A stretch of DNA of 64,000 nt from an uncultured Acidobacteriota bacterium (GTDB lineage Bacteria > Acidobacteriota > UBA6911), in the NCBI GenBank assembly GCA_963809485.1, contig CAWEJX010000020.1, positions 1-64,000 of the forward strand, written 5' to 3'. Shown piece after piece: positions 29,001 to 38,720 of this stretch. Position 1 is the first letter of the stretch. The number at the start of each line of letters is the position of its first letter. The position numbers were made by a program, and so were the translations under genes. Below the pieces are notes generated by a model. The model ran no database searches, had not been told where the DNA came from, and was given only the letters and a program-made list of their open reading frames with translations.

Positions 29001-30917
29001 AGGATCGAACAGGAACAATGAGCTCGCAGACAGACTCGAGCCGACGTCTCTGCTCCCGATGATGCCGACACTCTCGTCTTCGTTCAGCACCGCTTTATTG
29101 AAGATAGTGAAACTCGCATAGCCATAATAGGTCTGGCTTTCATCGTCCGCGTTCGCAGGATCGAACGTGTACTTTTCTTTCATCGTGGACGAGTCGGCGA
29201 AAACGACCTCCGTCGTCGAGGTATCCACAATCATCAGGGTATTGCCGTCCCTCGTAACCGTGATCTGGGCAGGCGCTTTCAGGCCCGTGAGCCTTCCCGC
29301 TTCCGCACCCGTGGATACATTGAACTTGACCACCTCGCCGCTTGCGGTTGAAGAGACGTAGCCGTATTGGCCGTCGGGCGAAAGGGCCAGGATGCTGCCG
29401 AACCCGAACTCGCCGGTGAAGCTATAGGTGGCACTCAACGTGAGAGTCTGGGTGTTGATCAGGAAAATTTTGTTGTCCAGAACAGAGACGGCGGCCAGTG
29501 TTTTCCCATCCTTAAGCGCTGTGATGAAGGCCGGGTGGCCTCCGGTCGCTATTTGGGCCAGCACCTCCCCCGTCTTCGCCGAAAAGGCCAGGACGACGCC
29601 TGAACCCGCATAGGGCACAAAACCGGTTTGGGAATCCGGTGAGAAGACGACGTTGGGAGCGATGTTGTCCGATGTGCTTCGTTCATTGACATCGAATACC
29701 AGAAAATCCGATTTCCGGCCGCCTGTCATAAGGACCGACCCGTCGGGCAATGTCACGGCCACGTGATTGTATTTCGCGAGGGTCATTTCCGGAGATACCG
29801 GGGTAAAAGCCCCGGTGGCCGGGTCGTAAATTTCCGCGGAGCTCAGGTAGTCTCCGTTAAAGCCGCCGGCTATGAGAACCCTGCCATTGGGGAGTAGCGA
29901 GGCCGTATGGCCGTAACGCGCCACATTCAGGCTGCCCGTGGCTGTGAACGTTTCCGTTGCCGGGTCATAAAGCTCGGCTGCGGCCAAAGCTCCCGTTTCA
30001 TTCCTTCCACCGACAATCAGCACCTTGCCGCTGGCCAGCAGGGTCGCCGTGTGGGCGGTGCGGGCGGTGACCATGAGACCCGCCGTGTTGGTGAACTGAT
30101 CGTCAAATTCATCGGCCTCGTCCTCGCCGTTTTCCTCATCTTCTTTCGCGTCGTAGTCGGGGTGATAGGTTTCCGATTGTTCGACGAAGTAATCACATAC
30201 AACGCTGCCGCTCAAAAGGCTGTTGCATCCGCCAACGACCAGCACATTGCCGTCGGGCAGAAGGGTAGAGGTGTGGCCTTCGCGCGGTTCGTCCATTTCG
30301 TCTATGGTTACGGTGAAGGATCCATTGGCCGGATCGTATATTTCTGCGGAAAAGACATAGGCGCTGTTAAATCCTCCGGTGATAAGGACCCTTCCATCGG
30401 TCAGCCGCGTTGCAGCAGCGGATTGCCTGGCCTCGTTCATGGAGTTTGCAGATGATGTGAATCTCTCGGTCGTGGGATCGTAAACCTCCACAGAGCTCAG
30501 GAAGCTGCCGTTGTACCCGCCGGCGATGAGAATCCGTCCGCCCCTGAGAAGGGCCGACGCCGCTCCGCTGCGCGCCGTGCTCAGTGCCAGGTTGTTTCCG
30601 TTGTCATCCTTTATTGTCTCGAAGCCTCCGGTGGACGGATTGTAGAACTCCACGTCCGTCAGATAGCGGTTGTTGAAGCCTCCGGCTATCAGCACCTTGC
30701 CCCCGACCAGGGTAACGGCCACATGCTGTTCGCGGGGCTTAATCATGCTGGCGGTCAGCGTGAACTTGCCTGTCGACGGATTATAAATTTCCGCATTGCC
30801 GTTGATCGAATCCGCATTGGGATTGACGGTCGCGAAAACCCGTTTCTGCGCATTGGCGGCTGGAATTGACAAAAATAGCAGAGGAAACATCAGAACAAGC
30901 AGGGACCGGAAACGCAT
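26055..30917 (-). CDS. Giant secreted kelch-repeat / YVTN beta-propeller protein
   Basis: Signal peptide; two blocks of about seven R.xHTATLL..GxVLIAGG...AEIYDP repeats; central SPDG/TPDS propeller; four repeats of a T.xxxxN motif domain. Confidence 0.88.
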   Translation of the reverse strand: MRFRSLLVLMFPLLFLSIPAANAQKRVFATVNPNADSINGNAEIYNPSTGKFTLTASMIKPREQHVAVTLVGGKVLIAGGFNNRYLTDVEFYNPSTGGFETIKDDNGNNLALSTARSGAASALLRGGRILIAGGYNGSFLSSVEVYDPTTERFTSSANSMNEARQSAAATRLTDGRVLITGGFNSAYVFSAEIYDPANGSFTVTIDEMDEPREGHTSTLLPDGNVLVVGGCNSLLSGSVVCDYFVEQSETYHPDYDAKEDEENGEDEADEFDDQFTNTAGLMVTARTAHTATLLASGKVLIVGGRNETGALAAAELYDPATETFTATGSLNVARYGHTASLLPNGRVLIAGGFNGDYLSSAEIYDPATGAFTPVSPEMTLAKYNHVAVTLPDGSVLMTGGRKSDFLVFDVNERSTSDNIAPNVVFSPDSQTGFVPYAGSGVVLAFSAKTGEVLAQIATGGHPAFITALKDGKTLAAVSVLDNKIFLINTQTLTLSATYSFTGEFGFGSILALSPDGQYGYVSSTASGEVVKFNVSTGAEAGRLTGLKAPAQITVTRDGNTLMIVDTSTTEVVFADSSTMKEKYTFDPANADDESQTYYGYASFTIFNKAVLNEDESVGIIGSRDVGSSLSASSLFLFDPSTGKIIDTDGDPDNGVDEGGVEFVGYQPGYTALLPTGKFWLILNLDSVTMIPTWWTASLSTVTSSSGSPLGGANIVFSPDAKYAYYTSSTADKVLQLDIGTQGIVGSFLVGDDPNESDDQASSLALTPDSGTMAVVLFASNQLQLLADETVQKQTKLISNADEFTGVSLINLSPNIARLTLTIISDGGSVFSGKNILNEDVVNPISILLAPNVQRYFEVSDLFLLDNTLNNSGRLVVASNQPEVVAFSMTGRVHASLQNPYVSSLQSIPLYPDYGDQLHHYIIPEIPMKSGTAAKLYFVNPNYNSSSYDVVHYATDGTTMRTSLNNSLNGSIRETKQVWDLVSSSQATQVLILGGFDSGANRQYVRTADLFSLSSKNFSTTAGSMESTRVGHTATSLQNNRVLIAGGKAGAGKTAGEIQRTSVLYDPTTNRFFWTNGAMKAERYRHTATLMANGKVLIAGGQNNESVNATAELYDPVDDEFVKVAAPMIAPRDAHTATLLADGRVLLAGGIDAWGVTASAEIYNPSGSVFTQTGSLNAGRVFHVAVLLPSGKVLIAGGSDGSNSLSSTELFDPSTGLFTAAAPMLSARAGHTGTLLANGTVLITGGKNSSGILSTAEIYDPVYDYFYPADGVMTYTRVYHTATLISPDPEDHTQDRVLIAGGEGIDINDKDNDDDEEEHLTLAGADIYDPNTQQFVESIGDMTSARQGHTATVLKGSDQGYLRIETGVGQLFTEIFDNGGAETAINGINVDKYAGITKIYSPQFVIAPPDFETHVNIINANEDYEATVTLTVHAPDGKILAGPLTRMLPVNAQWKGNLWEIFQFSPQLIGQTGWLEVSSSVEYIVGTMSITDPDPLDKLRHKFLASFELSGIPMRYFMFPFVSENTNYQTGISLLNAGDSTAGVRAELWDTSGTLRSSRTIALAPGHRISETLDTLFPGVKSIDAGNVRVLSDRPVHGSAFMFEREYRFLAPIPPVPYPGK

Positions 30918-31542
30918 ATGGCTCTCCAAACGGGGCGCCGCTCATGGCGGCGGCCAAAAAGAATCTGCAACTCCTCAAGTCGGCATGGCGGCAATGAGGG
31001 AGCGTTCGACGCGGAACCCCTCACGGCCCCATTTCCATGGGTTTTTTCAATCGCCCTGCGCCCGATCCGCTGAATCCCAAGATGATCGGGCATGCAGACA
31101 AATATTTACCCCTCGCGCTTCAAGAGACGAAGCTTATTATATACGACGAAGAGTCAAGTCCAGGATAAAACTCTTTCGTCACCCTGACTGCGCTCGATAC
31201 CGGAAGCCGGATCTTGGGCGTGTGGCGCTATGAAACCGTCGGCCTTCATCGGCGTCTGTGTCCGTGAATGTCAGCGTTACCCAATACAGGATCCGTCCAA
31301 CCCCGGATTCTCATCCAGAGCAGTTGGAAGCAGAACCGACGAATCCCGGATTGGGATCGGGATGCAGAATATGGTTTTCTCAAAAGCGGCGCACAGGGTA
31401 AAAATAAACGTAGCCCGATCCGGCAGGTATCGACAAAAGATCCGTGTTGATGTAACAATAGAAGGCTTGTTTTTTGTCCACGCCCTGCCGGAGCGAGTTT
31501 GCTCGCCCGCATGTTGTGGGTTCATCGAATGGGAGGTGTAGA

Positions 31543-34500
31543 GTGGTTCGATTCATCTCTAAATCCGGTTTCGTGGTGGCTGTCTTGATTCCCTTGTTTT
31601 TCGCGCTTCCACTCGGCGCCCAGTCTACAGCCATACGCATGGAAGGAACGGTGTGGAACCTCTCCGACGAGCCTCTTCCCGGGGCGATTTTGTCGGCGGT
31701 CGAGGAAAACACGAACCTGCAATATGAAGCGGTCAGCGATGAGGATGGCTATTACCGGTTTCTCGCGCTGCCGCCCGGGAGATACACCGTTACGGTCAAG
31801 GCCAAAGGATTCAAGGATGTGATGCACCGCGGCATCTATTTAAACTTCCCCGGAAGTCTGCAGCAGGATTTTGTTTTTGAAGCATCGCCCGTGGATAAGG
31901 AGATCGGCCCGCAGGACCTTCCACGGCTTAATGACGGGGCGACGACGGAGGCAATTCCGCAGCGCGAACTCGATTCCATGCCGCTCATGGAGCGCGATCC
32001 GCTTTCCCTCCTGGTCTATCAACCGGGAGTGCTGATCAACGGCGGGAACGAAGCCATATCGACCGTGAACGGCACACGGCAGGCAATGAATTCCATCGCG
32101 ATGGACGGCCTTTCGGTTACCGACCCGGTCGAGCCGAAGCTGGGATTTTCCATGCTGCCGATGAGCACGGATTCCCTTTCGGGCATCCAGGTTGTCACGA
32201 CGGGAGCCAGGGCTGAATACGGCCGGTCGGGAGGCGCGCAGTTTATGATGGTTTCGCGCACTGGCTCGAAAAAATGGTCCGGAAACCTTTATGACTACCT
32301 CCGGAGCAGGCGTCTGAATGCCAATGACTTCTTCAACAATTCATTCGATCTGCCGCGCCCCGGGCTCTCCCGGAATATCTACGGCGGCACCCTGTCGGGG
32401 CACATTGGGGAAAAGACGCTGGTTTTCGGCAATTTCGAAGGCAACCGCACCGACCAGCAGGTGATCAGCAATCGGCAGATCCTGACCGACGAGGCCAGGT
32501 CGGGCATATTCCGGTGGTACGAACCCGGAGACACTACCCGGGATGAAACCACGCTGCGCTCCTACGATATCGCCCAAAATGATCCCCGGGGGCTCGGGAT
32601 CGATCCCACGGTAGCGGCGACTCTCGCCAGGCTTCCGGATCCGCTATATGACAACGAGTTCAACGACGAGTTCGGCGATGTCCTGAATACGCGCGGATAC
32701 CGATTCGACAATCCGGTTACCAAAAGAGGAAAACGCGTAGCGGCGCGTGTCGACTACAACCGCAGCAAGGACCACCGGCTCTTCTTCCGGGTGAACTGGG
32801 ACAATATCAAGGCTACGGACGTGATGAACGGGGCCGAAGCCCCTTATCTCGGAGAGCCCGAAGGGATATTCCGTCAGAATAACTGGGGATTCGCAGTCGG
32901 CTCGGACTGGACCCTGAATCCGCAAATGGTCAATGAATTGCGCGTCGGCTACCTCCGGCCCGAAGTTAAGCTCGATCGGGCCGCCCGGTCCACCGATCCC
33001 ATGTTTCTGGCCAACTCCTGGACGAATCCGCTGGATCCGTCTTTCCCCCGCTCCTACAAATCGCCGGCATTGGAGATCACGGATAACCTCAGCCGCGGGA
33101 TGGGACGGCACGCCCTGAAAGTCGGAGCGACTTACCGGAGGACCGTCCAGAGCTTTACCGACTATAACGGCGTCTATCCCAACGTGACCATGGGAATCAA
33201 CCACGGCAACGCTCCGGATGAATCCATCGGCCCGGCGGGACGATCGGAGATTTCCATCGACGACCGCGAGACGTTCGAGTTGCTTTACAACGACATCCTC
33301 GGCAGAATGGAAAGCGTCTCCCGGACATTCGACTCGAGCCTGACATCCGTCTCGCCTGCCGGCACCCCGAGAGAGCGCGATTATGGGTTCAATGAATTCG
33401 CCGCCTATATTCAGGACGATTGGAAAGTCAAACCGAACCTGACCGTCAGCCTGGGCTTGCGCTATGAGCTGAACGCCGTGCCCAAAGAGACGAACGACCT
33501 GCAGGCGGTGCTGGACAAGGCCGGGCAGATCAGCAATTCGGCCAGCATATCGGACTTCAGCGTGGTTTCCGGCAACAACTGGTATTCCAGGAACACGAGC
33601 GACTTCGCGCCCCGCATCGGCTTTGCCTGGGATGTTTACAGCACCGGGAAAACCATTATCCGCGGGTCCTACGGGGTGTATTACGACCGCCTCATCGGAG
33701 CGCTGACGAATTTTGTGGACCAGTACAGCTACGGATTTTCCCAATCGCCCGCGCTATACCCGAATTCCGGCGGGACAGACATCCGCTTGAACGATGGCGT
33801 CCCCGCCATCCCTCAGCCCGCTCCGGCCAATCTGACGCCGCCTGCCACACGGTCCGCCAACATGGCCATCTTCGACGCGACCGTGAGTACGCCCCGCATC
33901 CAGCAGTACAATCTCACCCTCGAAAAAAACTTCTGGGGCGCGATCTGGGAAATGGGGTATGTGGGCTCGCAGGGGAAAAAGCTTTTTCAGCACCTCAATC
34001 TGAATCAGACCAAAACCGACGGCGACTTCCTTTCGGCCTTCAAGGAAATCCAGGCGTATCGCGAATCGGGCACGCCCGTTTCGGAGAACAACACCCTGGT
34101 TCACATATTCGGATCGCCTCTGGCCGCCACCGTCGCGCTGGGCGGGAAAAACGTGAGCACGGGACAGGCGGGAGCGGGCGCCGACAGCATGGACCGGACT
34201 TACTTCGGTTCGTATGTGGCTGCGGGAGTGTCCGACTACTATATCAGGAACTTCCCCCAGTTCGACAAACTCATTGTCGGATCGAGCGCAGGCACTTCAT
34301 CCTATAACGCTCTGCAGCTGGGGATGCGGTCCAGCGGCAAATCCCATCAATTGCGCCTGAATTACACGATAGGCAAGGCGCGCGACACTCTCTCCTCCGA
34401 CGGTGCGAAATATGTAAGCACGCCCAACAGTCTCGACGTCAATTACGGCAAAACCCCCAGCGATTTCGACCGGAAGCACGTCTTCAACGCAGCCTTCTAT

Positions 34501-35037
34501 TACAAGTTTCCTTTGGTCCGCACGCCCGATTCCGACATGCCCGGCTGGCTAAGCGCCCTGTTTGCGGACTGGAATATCAGCGCTCATTACATCCGGCAGT
34601 CGGGACCGAGGTTCAGCGTCACCACAGATCGCGAAACGGTTTACGGGGGGGTGAAAAGCCTGGCGGATTTCAGGGACCTCGAGACGAACCAGGATCCCTC
34701 CTCTGTGGGCGATGTCATCAGCACAAGAGATGGTGTGTTCTGGTTCAACGACGATGAAAGAGCGATGTTCACTTTCCCCGTGGCGGGCGAAAACGGGACT
34801 TCGGGCCGGAATTCCTTCAAGGGACCGATGTACGTCAACCTGGACGTCGCGCTTTTCAAGAGTTTTCCGGTTCGCGAACGGAGCAGCATCCAGTTCCGCG
34901 TAGAGGGATACAACATATTCAACAGGACCCAATACGCCTTGCCGGATACCGACCTGTCGAGCGATACCTTCGGGAAAATCACGTCGACGGTGGGCACTCC
35001 GCGCTCGCTGCAGGTAGCCTTGCGCTTTCAATTCTAA
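31543..35037 (+). CDS. TonB-dependent receptor with N-terminal carboxypeptidase-regulatory-like domain
   Basis: GTG after GGGAGG; LPPGRYTVTV, AEYGRSGG, LNANDFF, YIQDDWKV, FAPRIGFAWD; ends QVALRFQF. Confidence 0.92.
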   Translation: MVRFISKSGFVVAVLIPLFFALPLGAQSTAIRMEGTVWNLSDEPLPGAILSAVEENTNLQYEAVSDEDGYYRFLALPPGRYTVTVKAKGFKDVMHRGIYLNFPGSLQQDFVFEASPVDKEIGPQDLPRLNDGATTEAIPQRELDSMPLMERDPLSLLVYQPGVLINGGNEAISTVNGTRQAMNSIAMDGLSVTDPVEPKLGFSMLPMSTDSLSGIQVVTTGARAEYGRSGGAQFMMVSRTGSKKWSGNLYDYLRSRRLNANDFFNNSFDLPRPGLSRNIYGGTLSGHIGEKTLVFGNFEGNRTDQQVISNRQILTDEARSGIFRWYEPGDTTRDETTLRSYDIAQNDPRGLGIDPTVAATLARLPDPLYDNEFNDEFGDVLNTRGYRFDNPVTKRGKRVAARVDYNRSKDHRLFFRVNWDNIKATDVMNGAEAPYLGEPEGIFRQNNWGFAVGSDWTLNPQMVNELRVGYLRPEVKLDRAARSTDPMFLANSWTNPLDPSFPRSYKSPALEITDNLSRGMGRHALKVGATYRRTVQSFTDYNGVYPNVTMGINHGNAPDESIGPAGRSEISIDDRETFELLYNDILGRMESVSRTFDSSLTSVSPAGTPRERDYGFNEFAAYIQDDWKVKPNLTVSLGLRYELNAVPKETNDLQAVLDKAGQISNSASISDFSVVSGNNWYSRNTSDFAPRIGFAWDVYSTGKTIIRGSYGVYYDRLIGALTNFVDQYSYGFSQSPALYPNSGGTDIRLNDGVPAIPQPAPANLTPPATRSANMAIFDATVSTPRIQQYNLTLEKNFWGAIWEMGYVGSQGKKLFQHLNLNQTKTDGDFLSAFKEIQAYRESGTPVSENNTLVHIFGSPLAATVALGGKNVSTGQAGAGADSMDRTYFGSYVAAGVSDYYIRNFPQFDKLIVGSSAGTSSYNALQLGMRSSGKSHQLRLNYTIGKARDTLSSDGAKYVSTPNSLDVNYGKTPSDFDRKHVFNAAFYYKFPLVRTPDSDMPGWLSALFADWNISAHYIRQSGPRFSVTTDRETVYGGVKSLADFRDLETNQDPSSVGDVISTRDGVFWFNDDERAMFTFPVAGENGTSGRNSFKGPMYVNLDVALFKSFPVRERSSIQFRVEGYNIFNRTQYALPDTDLSSDTFGKITSTVGTPRSLQVALRFQF

Positions 35038-35059
35038 AAAGAGACGGGAGGATTGAAGT

Positions 35060-35680
35060 TTGACGACTCGGGGCCAGGCAGGCCATCCGAAGTGGATTCT
35101 TGCCTCCGCTTCCCCGCGACGCAGGGAAATCCTGCGCCGCCTGGGACTGAAGTTCCGGACCGCCCCCACCCATCTCCCGGAACCCGGCCGCATGAGGCGC
35201 GAGTCTCCGGCCGGCTACGCGGTGCGGGTCGCCTGCCTGAAAGCGGAAGAAGCTGCCGCAGGAAAGCGCAGCGGGCTGGTTCTCACCGCCGACACGATCG
35301 TGGTCCTGGGAAACAGCATCCTGGGAAAACCTTCAACGCGCGCGCAAGCACGCAGGATGCTCGAGCGTCTCAGCGGGCGCTGGCACGAGGTAATCTCCGG
35401 CATCTGCCTGCTGAACTGCGAATCCCGCCGCGCAAGCTCCGCCTTCAGCCGGTCGCGCGTCCATTTCCGCAAGCTTACGGCAGCCGAAATCGAGTGGTAC
35501 CTCAAAACCGGCGAATATCGGGACAAGGCCGGCGCTTACGGAATCCAGGGATACGCGTCGCTTTTTATCGACAACATCGAAGGCTGCTACTTCAACATCG
35601 TCGGATTCCCCGTCGCCACGTTCGAGAGGCTCTGCAGGAAAATGGGAATCGATTTAACGGCTCAGCTGATTAGTGGTTAG
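35060..35680 (+). CDS. maf: Maf-family nucleoside triphosphate pyrophosphatase
   Basis: ILASASPRRREIL, ADTIV, GKP, DKAGAYGIQG, NIVGFP. Confidence 0.95.
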   Translation: MTTRGQAGHPKWILASASPRRREILRRLGLKFRTAPTHLPEPGRMRRESPAGYAVRVACLKAEEAAAGKRSGLVLTADTIVVLGNSILGKPSTRAQARRMLERLSGRWHEVISGICLLNCESRRASSAFSRSRVHFRKLTAAEIEWYLKTGEYRDKAGAYGIQGYASLFIDNIEGCYFNIVGFPVATFERLCRKMGIDLTAQLISG

Positions 35681-35740
35681 TGGTTAGATGGTTAGAAAAT
35701 ACTATGGGCAGGAGAACCGGGGCCGAATTTCGAGTCAGAG

Positions 35741-36599
35741 TTAACCCCACCGCAGCTTTTCGCGCAGCAGCTTGAAAAAGCTGTTGCCGAAGGGCATCAC
35801 CAGTTTCAGAGTCGATTGCGCCCTGCGAATCCTGAGACAATCCTGCTGCTCGAGGGGCATGCCGACCTGCCCATCCACCGTCAGCATCACTTCCGTGCCG
35901 TGACGCAGGCAGATCTCCACCACGTGCCGGTCGGGAATCACAACCGGGCGGTTGGTCAGGGTATGCGGGCAAATCGGGGCGATGATAAAAGCCTCCAGGG
36001 TCGGGTAGAGGATCGGACCGCCCGCCGCCAGCGAGTAGGCCGTGGAACCGGTCGGGGTGGAAATGATCAGGCCATCGGCGCGGGTAAAAAGCACCGGCTG
36101 CGAGTTGACGCTGACCTCGAGTTCGATGATGCGGGCAAGGGCCCCTTTATTTATGACGGCATCATTGAGTGCCAGGTATTGCGCCTCAAGCTTTTTTCCC
36201 GCAGGACCTCCACATCCAGAAGCACACGTTCTTCCAGCCGGTACTTTCCCGAGAGCAGTCCTTCAAAAGCCGCATGCATCTCATCCAGTTTCACCTCGGT
36301 AAGAAATCCCAGAGAACCCAGGTTGATGCCGAGGATGGGAACTCCGCTCGCTCCGATGAGCCGGGCTGCGTAGAGCAGAGTGCCGTCGCCGCCGAAGACA
36401 CTCACAATCTCAACCTGTTTCGCCAGCTCCTCCGGCGGCACAGCCGAATGCCCGGCGGACACGGTTCCGCCGAGGCCTGGTCCAGGAAGACCTCGACCCC
36501 GCGGGACTGCAGCCAGGGGATTATGTCGCTGACAATGCCGCGAACGCGAGCATCCTGTTTTTTGAGAATGATTCCGATTTTTCGAATGGAGGGATTCAT
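35741..36599 (-). CDS. nadK: NAD(+) kinase, two frameshifts (probably sequencing error)
   Basis: MNPSIRKIGII, GGDGTLL...NLGSLGFL and DGLIISTPTGSTAYSLAAGGP lie in three separate ORF segments. Confidence 0.88.
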
Positions 36600-37379
36600 G
36601 GCATGGATAATAGACCCTTTGCAAGCTGAAGATACAATAAAAATTCCTGGTTTCCCTCGGCTCCGGCCACGGGCGAGGGGATGCTGCCTGCAACCCGGAA
36701 TCCGGTTTGGCGGCAAATTCCTCGAAGCCTTTAAGCGCCCGGGGCGTTTGGCCGGATCCCGGACGATGCCCCCCTTCCCCACCTCACCCTTTCCGACTTC
36801 AAACTGGGGTTTAACCAGGACGATAACATCGATGGGCAGCCTCTTGTTCTCCTCGCTTGCAGACGCCCTTTTAAGCGCAAGGGAATCTCTCAACGCGGGC
36901 AAGATCTTGGTCACGGAAATAAAGGAAAGATCGATGCAGACGAACGAGATCTCGTCAGGCAGGTCCGCAGGCCTCAGGTTGCGGACGTTGAATTCGTCCC
37001 GGACGACGATGCGCGGATCCGACTGGAGCTTCCAGGCCAGCTGTCCTCTTCCCACGTCGAAGGCATAAACTCGCGAAGCGCCGTTCTGAAGCAGACAGTC
37101 GGTGAAGCCGCCCGTGGAAGCTCCCAGATCGGCACACACCCTTCCCGATGCGGATATCTGAAAGAATTCCAGCGCAGCCTGCAGCTTGGCGCCGGCCCGG
37201 CTGGCAAAAGGAATCTGGCGCAGGACGCGGATTTCCGCATCGGGATCCACCAGCTGGCCGGGCTTTTCTATCTTCTGTTCGTCGACCAGAATTTGCCCTG
37301 CCAGCAGCAAGGCCTGAGCCTTGTGGCGGCTTTCGGCGAGGCCTTTTTCCACCAGCAGTTGATCGATGCGTCGTTTCAT
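36596..37379 (-). CDS. tlyA: TlyA-family rRNA 2'-O-methyltransferase, C-terminal frameshift
   Basis: S4 domain, SRAGAKL, DLGASTGGFTDCLLQ, VKPQFE. The conserved GAEGNQEFL tail is in another frame ending at TGA 36596. Confidence 0.9.
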
Positions 37380-37383
37380 CGGA

Positions 37384-38266
37384 TCAGGCGGTGCGGCTGA
37401 CTATAAATGTGCGAGGCTGCGAAGGACATCCGCCTTCTCGCCGAAATCCCGAATATCCTTCAGCGCCGACGCCACCAGTTCGTCTGCCTTTTGCCGCGAT
37501 GCTTCAATTCCATAAAGGGCCGGATAGGTGGCTTTTTTTACTTTTTCGTCCTTGCCGGCGGTCTTGCCCAGCACTTCGCTGCTGGAGGTGACATCCAGGA
37601 TGTCATCCACAATCTGAAAGACCAGTCCGATCTTCCGTCCGAATTCCGTCAGGGCATGCAATGCCGTTTCCCCGGCGCCCGCCGCCAAAGCACCGCAGCG
37701 GACGCATGCCTTCAACAGCGCCCCGGTCTTGGAGTCGTGGATATATTCCAGCAGTCCGGGGCTGATGGCTTTGCCTTCCGATTCCAGGTCGACCACCTGT
37801 CCGCCGATCATGCCGTTGACGGTTCCCGTCGCCGCGGCGATCTCGCGGATGATGCATATTCTGACGGCATCGGGCGTTTCCGGCAGATCCGCCAGCAGCT
37901 GATAGCATCGCGTCATCAGGGCATCGCCGGCCAGAATGGCCATCGCGTCGCCGAAAACCTTGTGGCAGGTCGGAACGCCGCGCCTCAGGTCGTCGTTGTC
38001 CAGCGCCGGCAGGTCGTCGTGGATCAGGGAATAGGTGTGCATCATTTCGATGCAGCGCCAAGCTGAAGAAGAACGTCGCGGTCTCCCGCCAGACTCTCGC
38101 CCGAAGCAAGCACCAGAATGGGCCGCACGCGCTTGCCCCCGGCAAAAACGGAGTAGCGCATGGCTTTGTGAATGGTCGGAGGGTCTTCGTCTTCCGGGGG
38201 AAGCAGCCTTTCCAGGCACTCATCCACCAGCTTTTTCGATTCCGATAGGTATAGTTGTATGTCCAT
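37384..38266 (-). CDS. ispA: Polyprenyl (farnesyl) diphosphate synthase, frameshifted
   Basis: GGKRVRP in ORF 38042..38266; HTYSLIHDDLP, FQIVDDILD and KATYP in ORF 37401..38219. Confidence 0.9.
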
Positions 38267-38289
38267 GGCCTCGCTCAGAAACCGGAGGG

Positions 38290-38538
38290 TCAGGGTTCGT
38301 TTCCTTCGGCATCTTCCGAAAACGGCGTTTCTTTCAGAGCGCCGTCCGCTGTCTTGATGAGCACTTCCACTTTTCTCTCCGCCTCTTCCAGCTTCGAACT
38401 GCAGAAGCGGCTGACCTTGATGCCTTCCTCAAAAAGCTCCAGCGCGCGGTCGAGCGTCAGATCGCCGGCTTCGAGCTGAACCACGATATCCTCGAGCGAT
38501 TTCAGCGCCGATTCAAAATCCTTCACCTTCAATTCCAT
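38290..38538 (-). CDS. xseB: Exodeoxyribonuclease VII small subunit
   Basis: FESALKSLEDIVVQLEAGDLTLDRALELFEEG...LEEAERKV. Confidence 0.93.
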   Translation of the reverse strand: MELKVKDFESALKSLEDIVVQLEAGDLTLDRALELFEEGIKVSRFCSSKLEEAERKVEVLIKTADGALKETPFSEDAEGNEP

Positions 38539-38550
38539 CGTACCCCCCTC

Positions 38551-38720
38551 ACGAATTACGAATGACGAATTACGAATGACGAATTGGTAAAATCGAAAGT
38601 CATCGGCCAAGCCAAAGCCGCAAGCGCTGGGTTCCATCGGCGCTGCCCACAAAATAGTGAATTGGGAAAGCCAAAAACTGATGTTTTCATTCGTAATTCG
38701 TCACTCGTAATTCGTCATTC
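38551..38720. repeat. Inverted heptamer arrays (ACGAAT[T/G])x5 and complement between xseA and xseB
   Basis: ACGAATTACGAATGACGAATTACGAATGACGAATT at 38551-38585; ATTCGTAATTCGTCACTCGTAATTCGTCATTC at 38689-38720. Confidence 0.85.

Noticed and set aside
36402-37379. TlyA-NadK fusion suggested by the 325-aa ORF
   Set aside because: Product of a frameshift; the natural TlyA tail and stop overlapping the nadK ATG are visible in another frame.
38551-38720. CRISPR array interpretation of the short repeats here and elsewhere
   Set aside because: Units are 7-12 bp without unique 30-40 bp spacers, and no cas genes are present.
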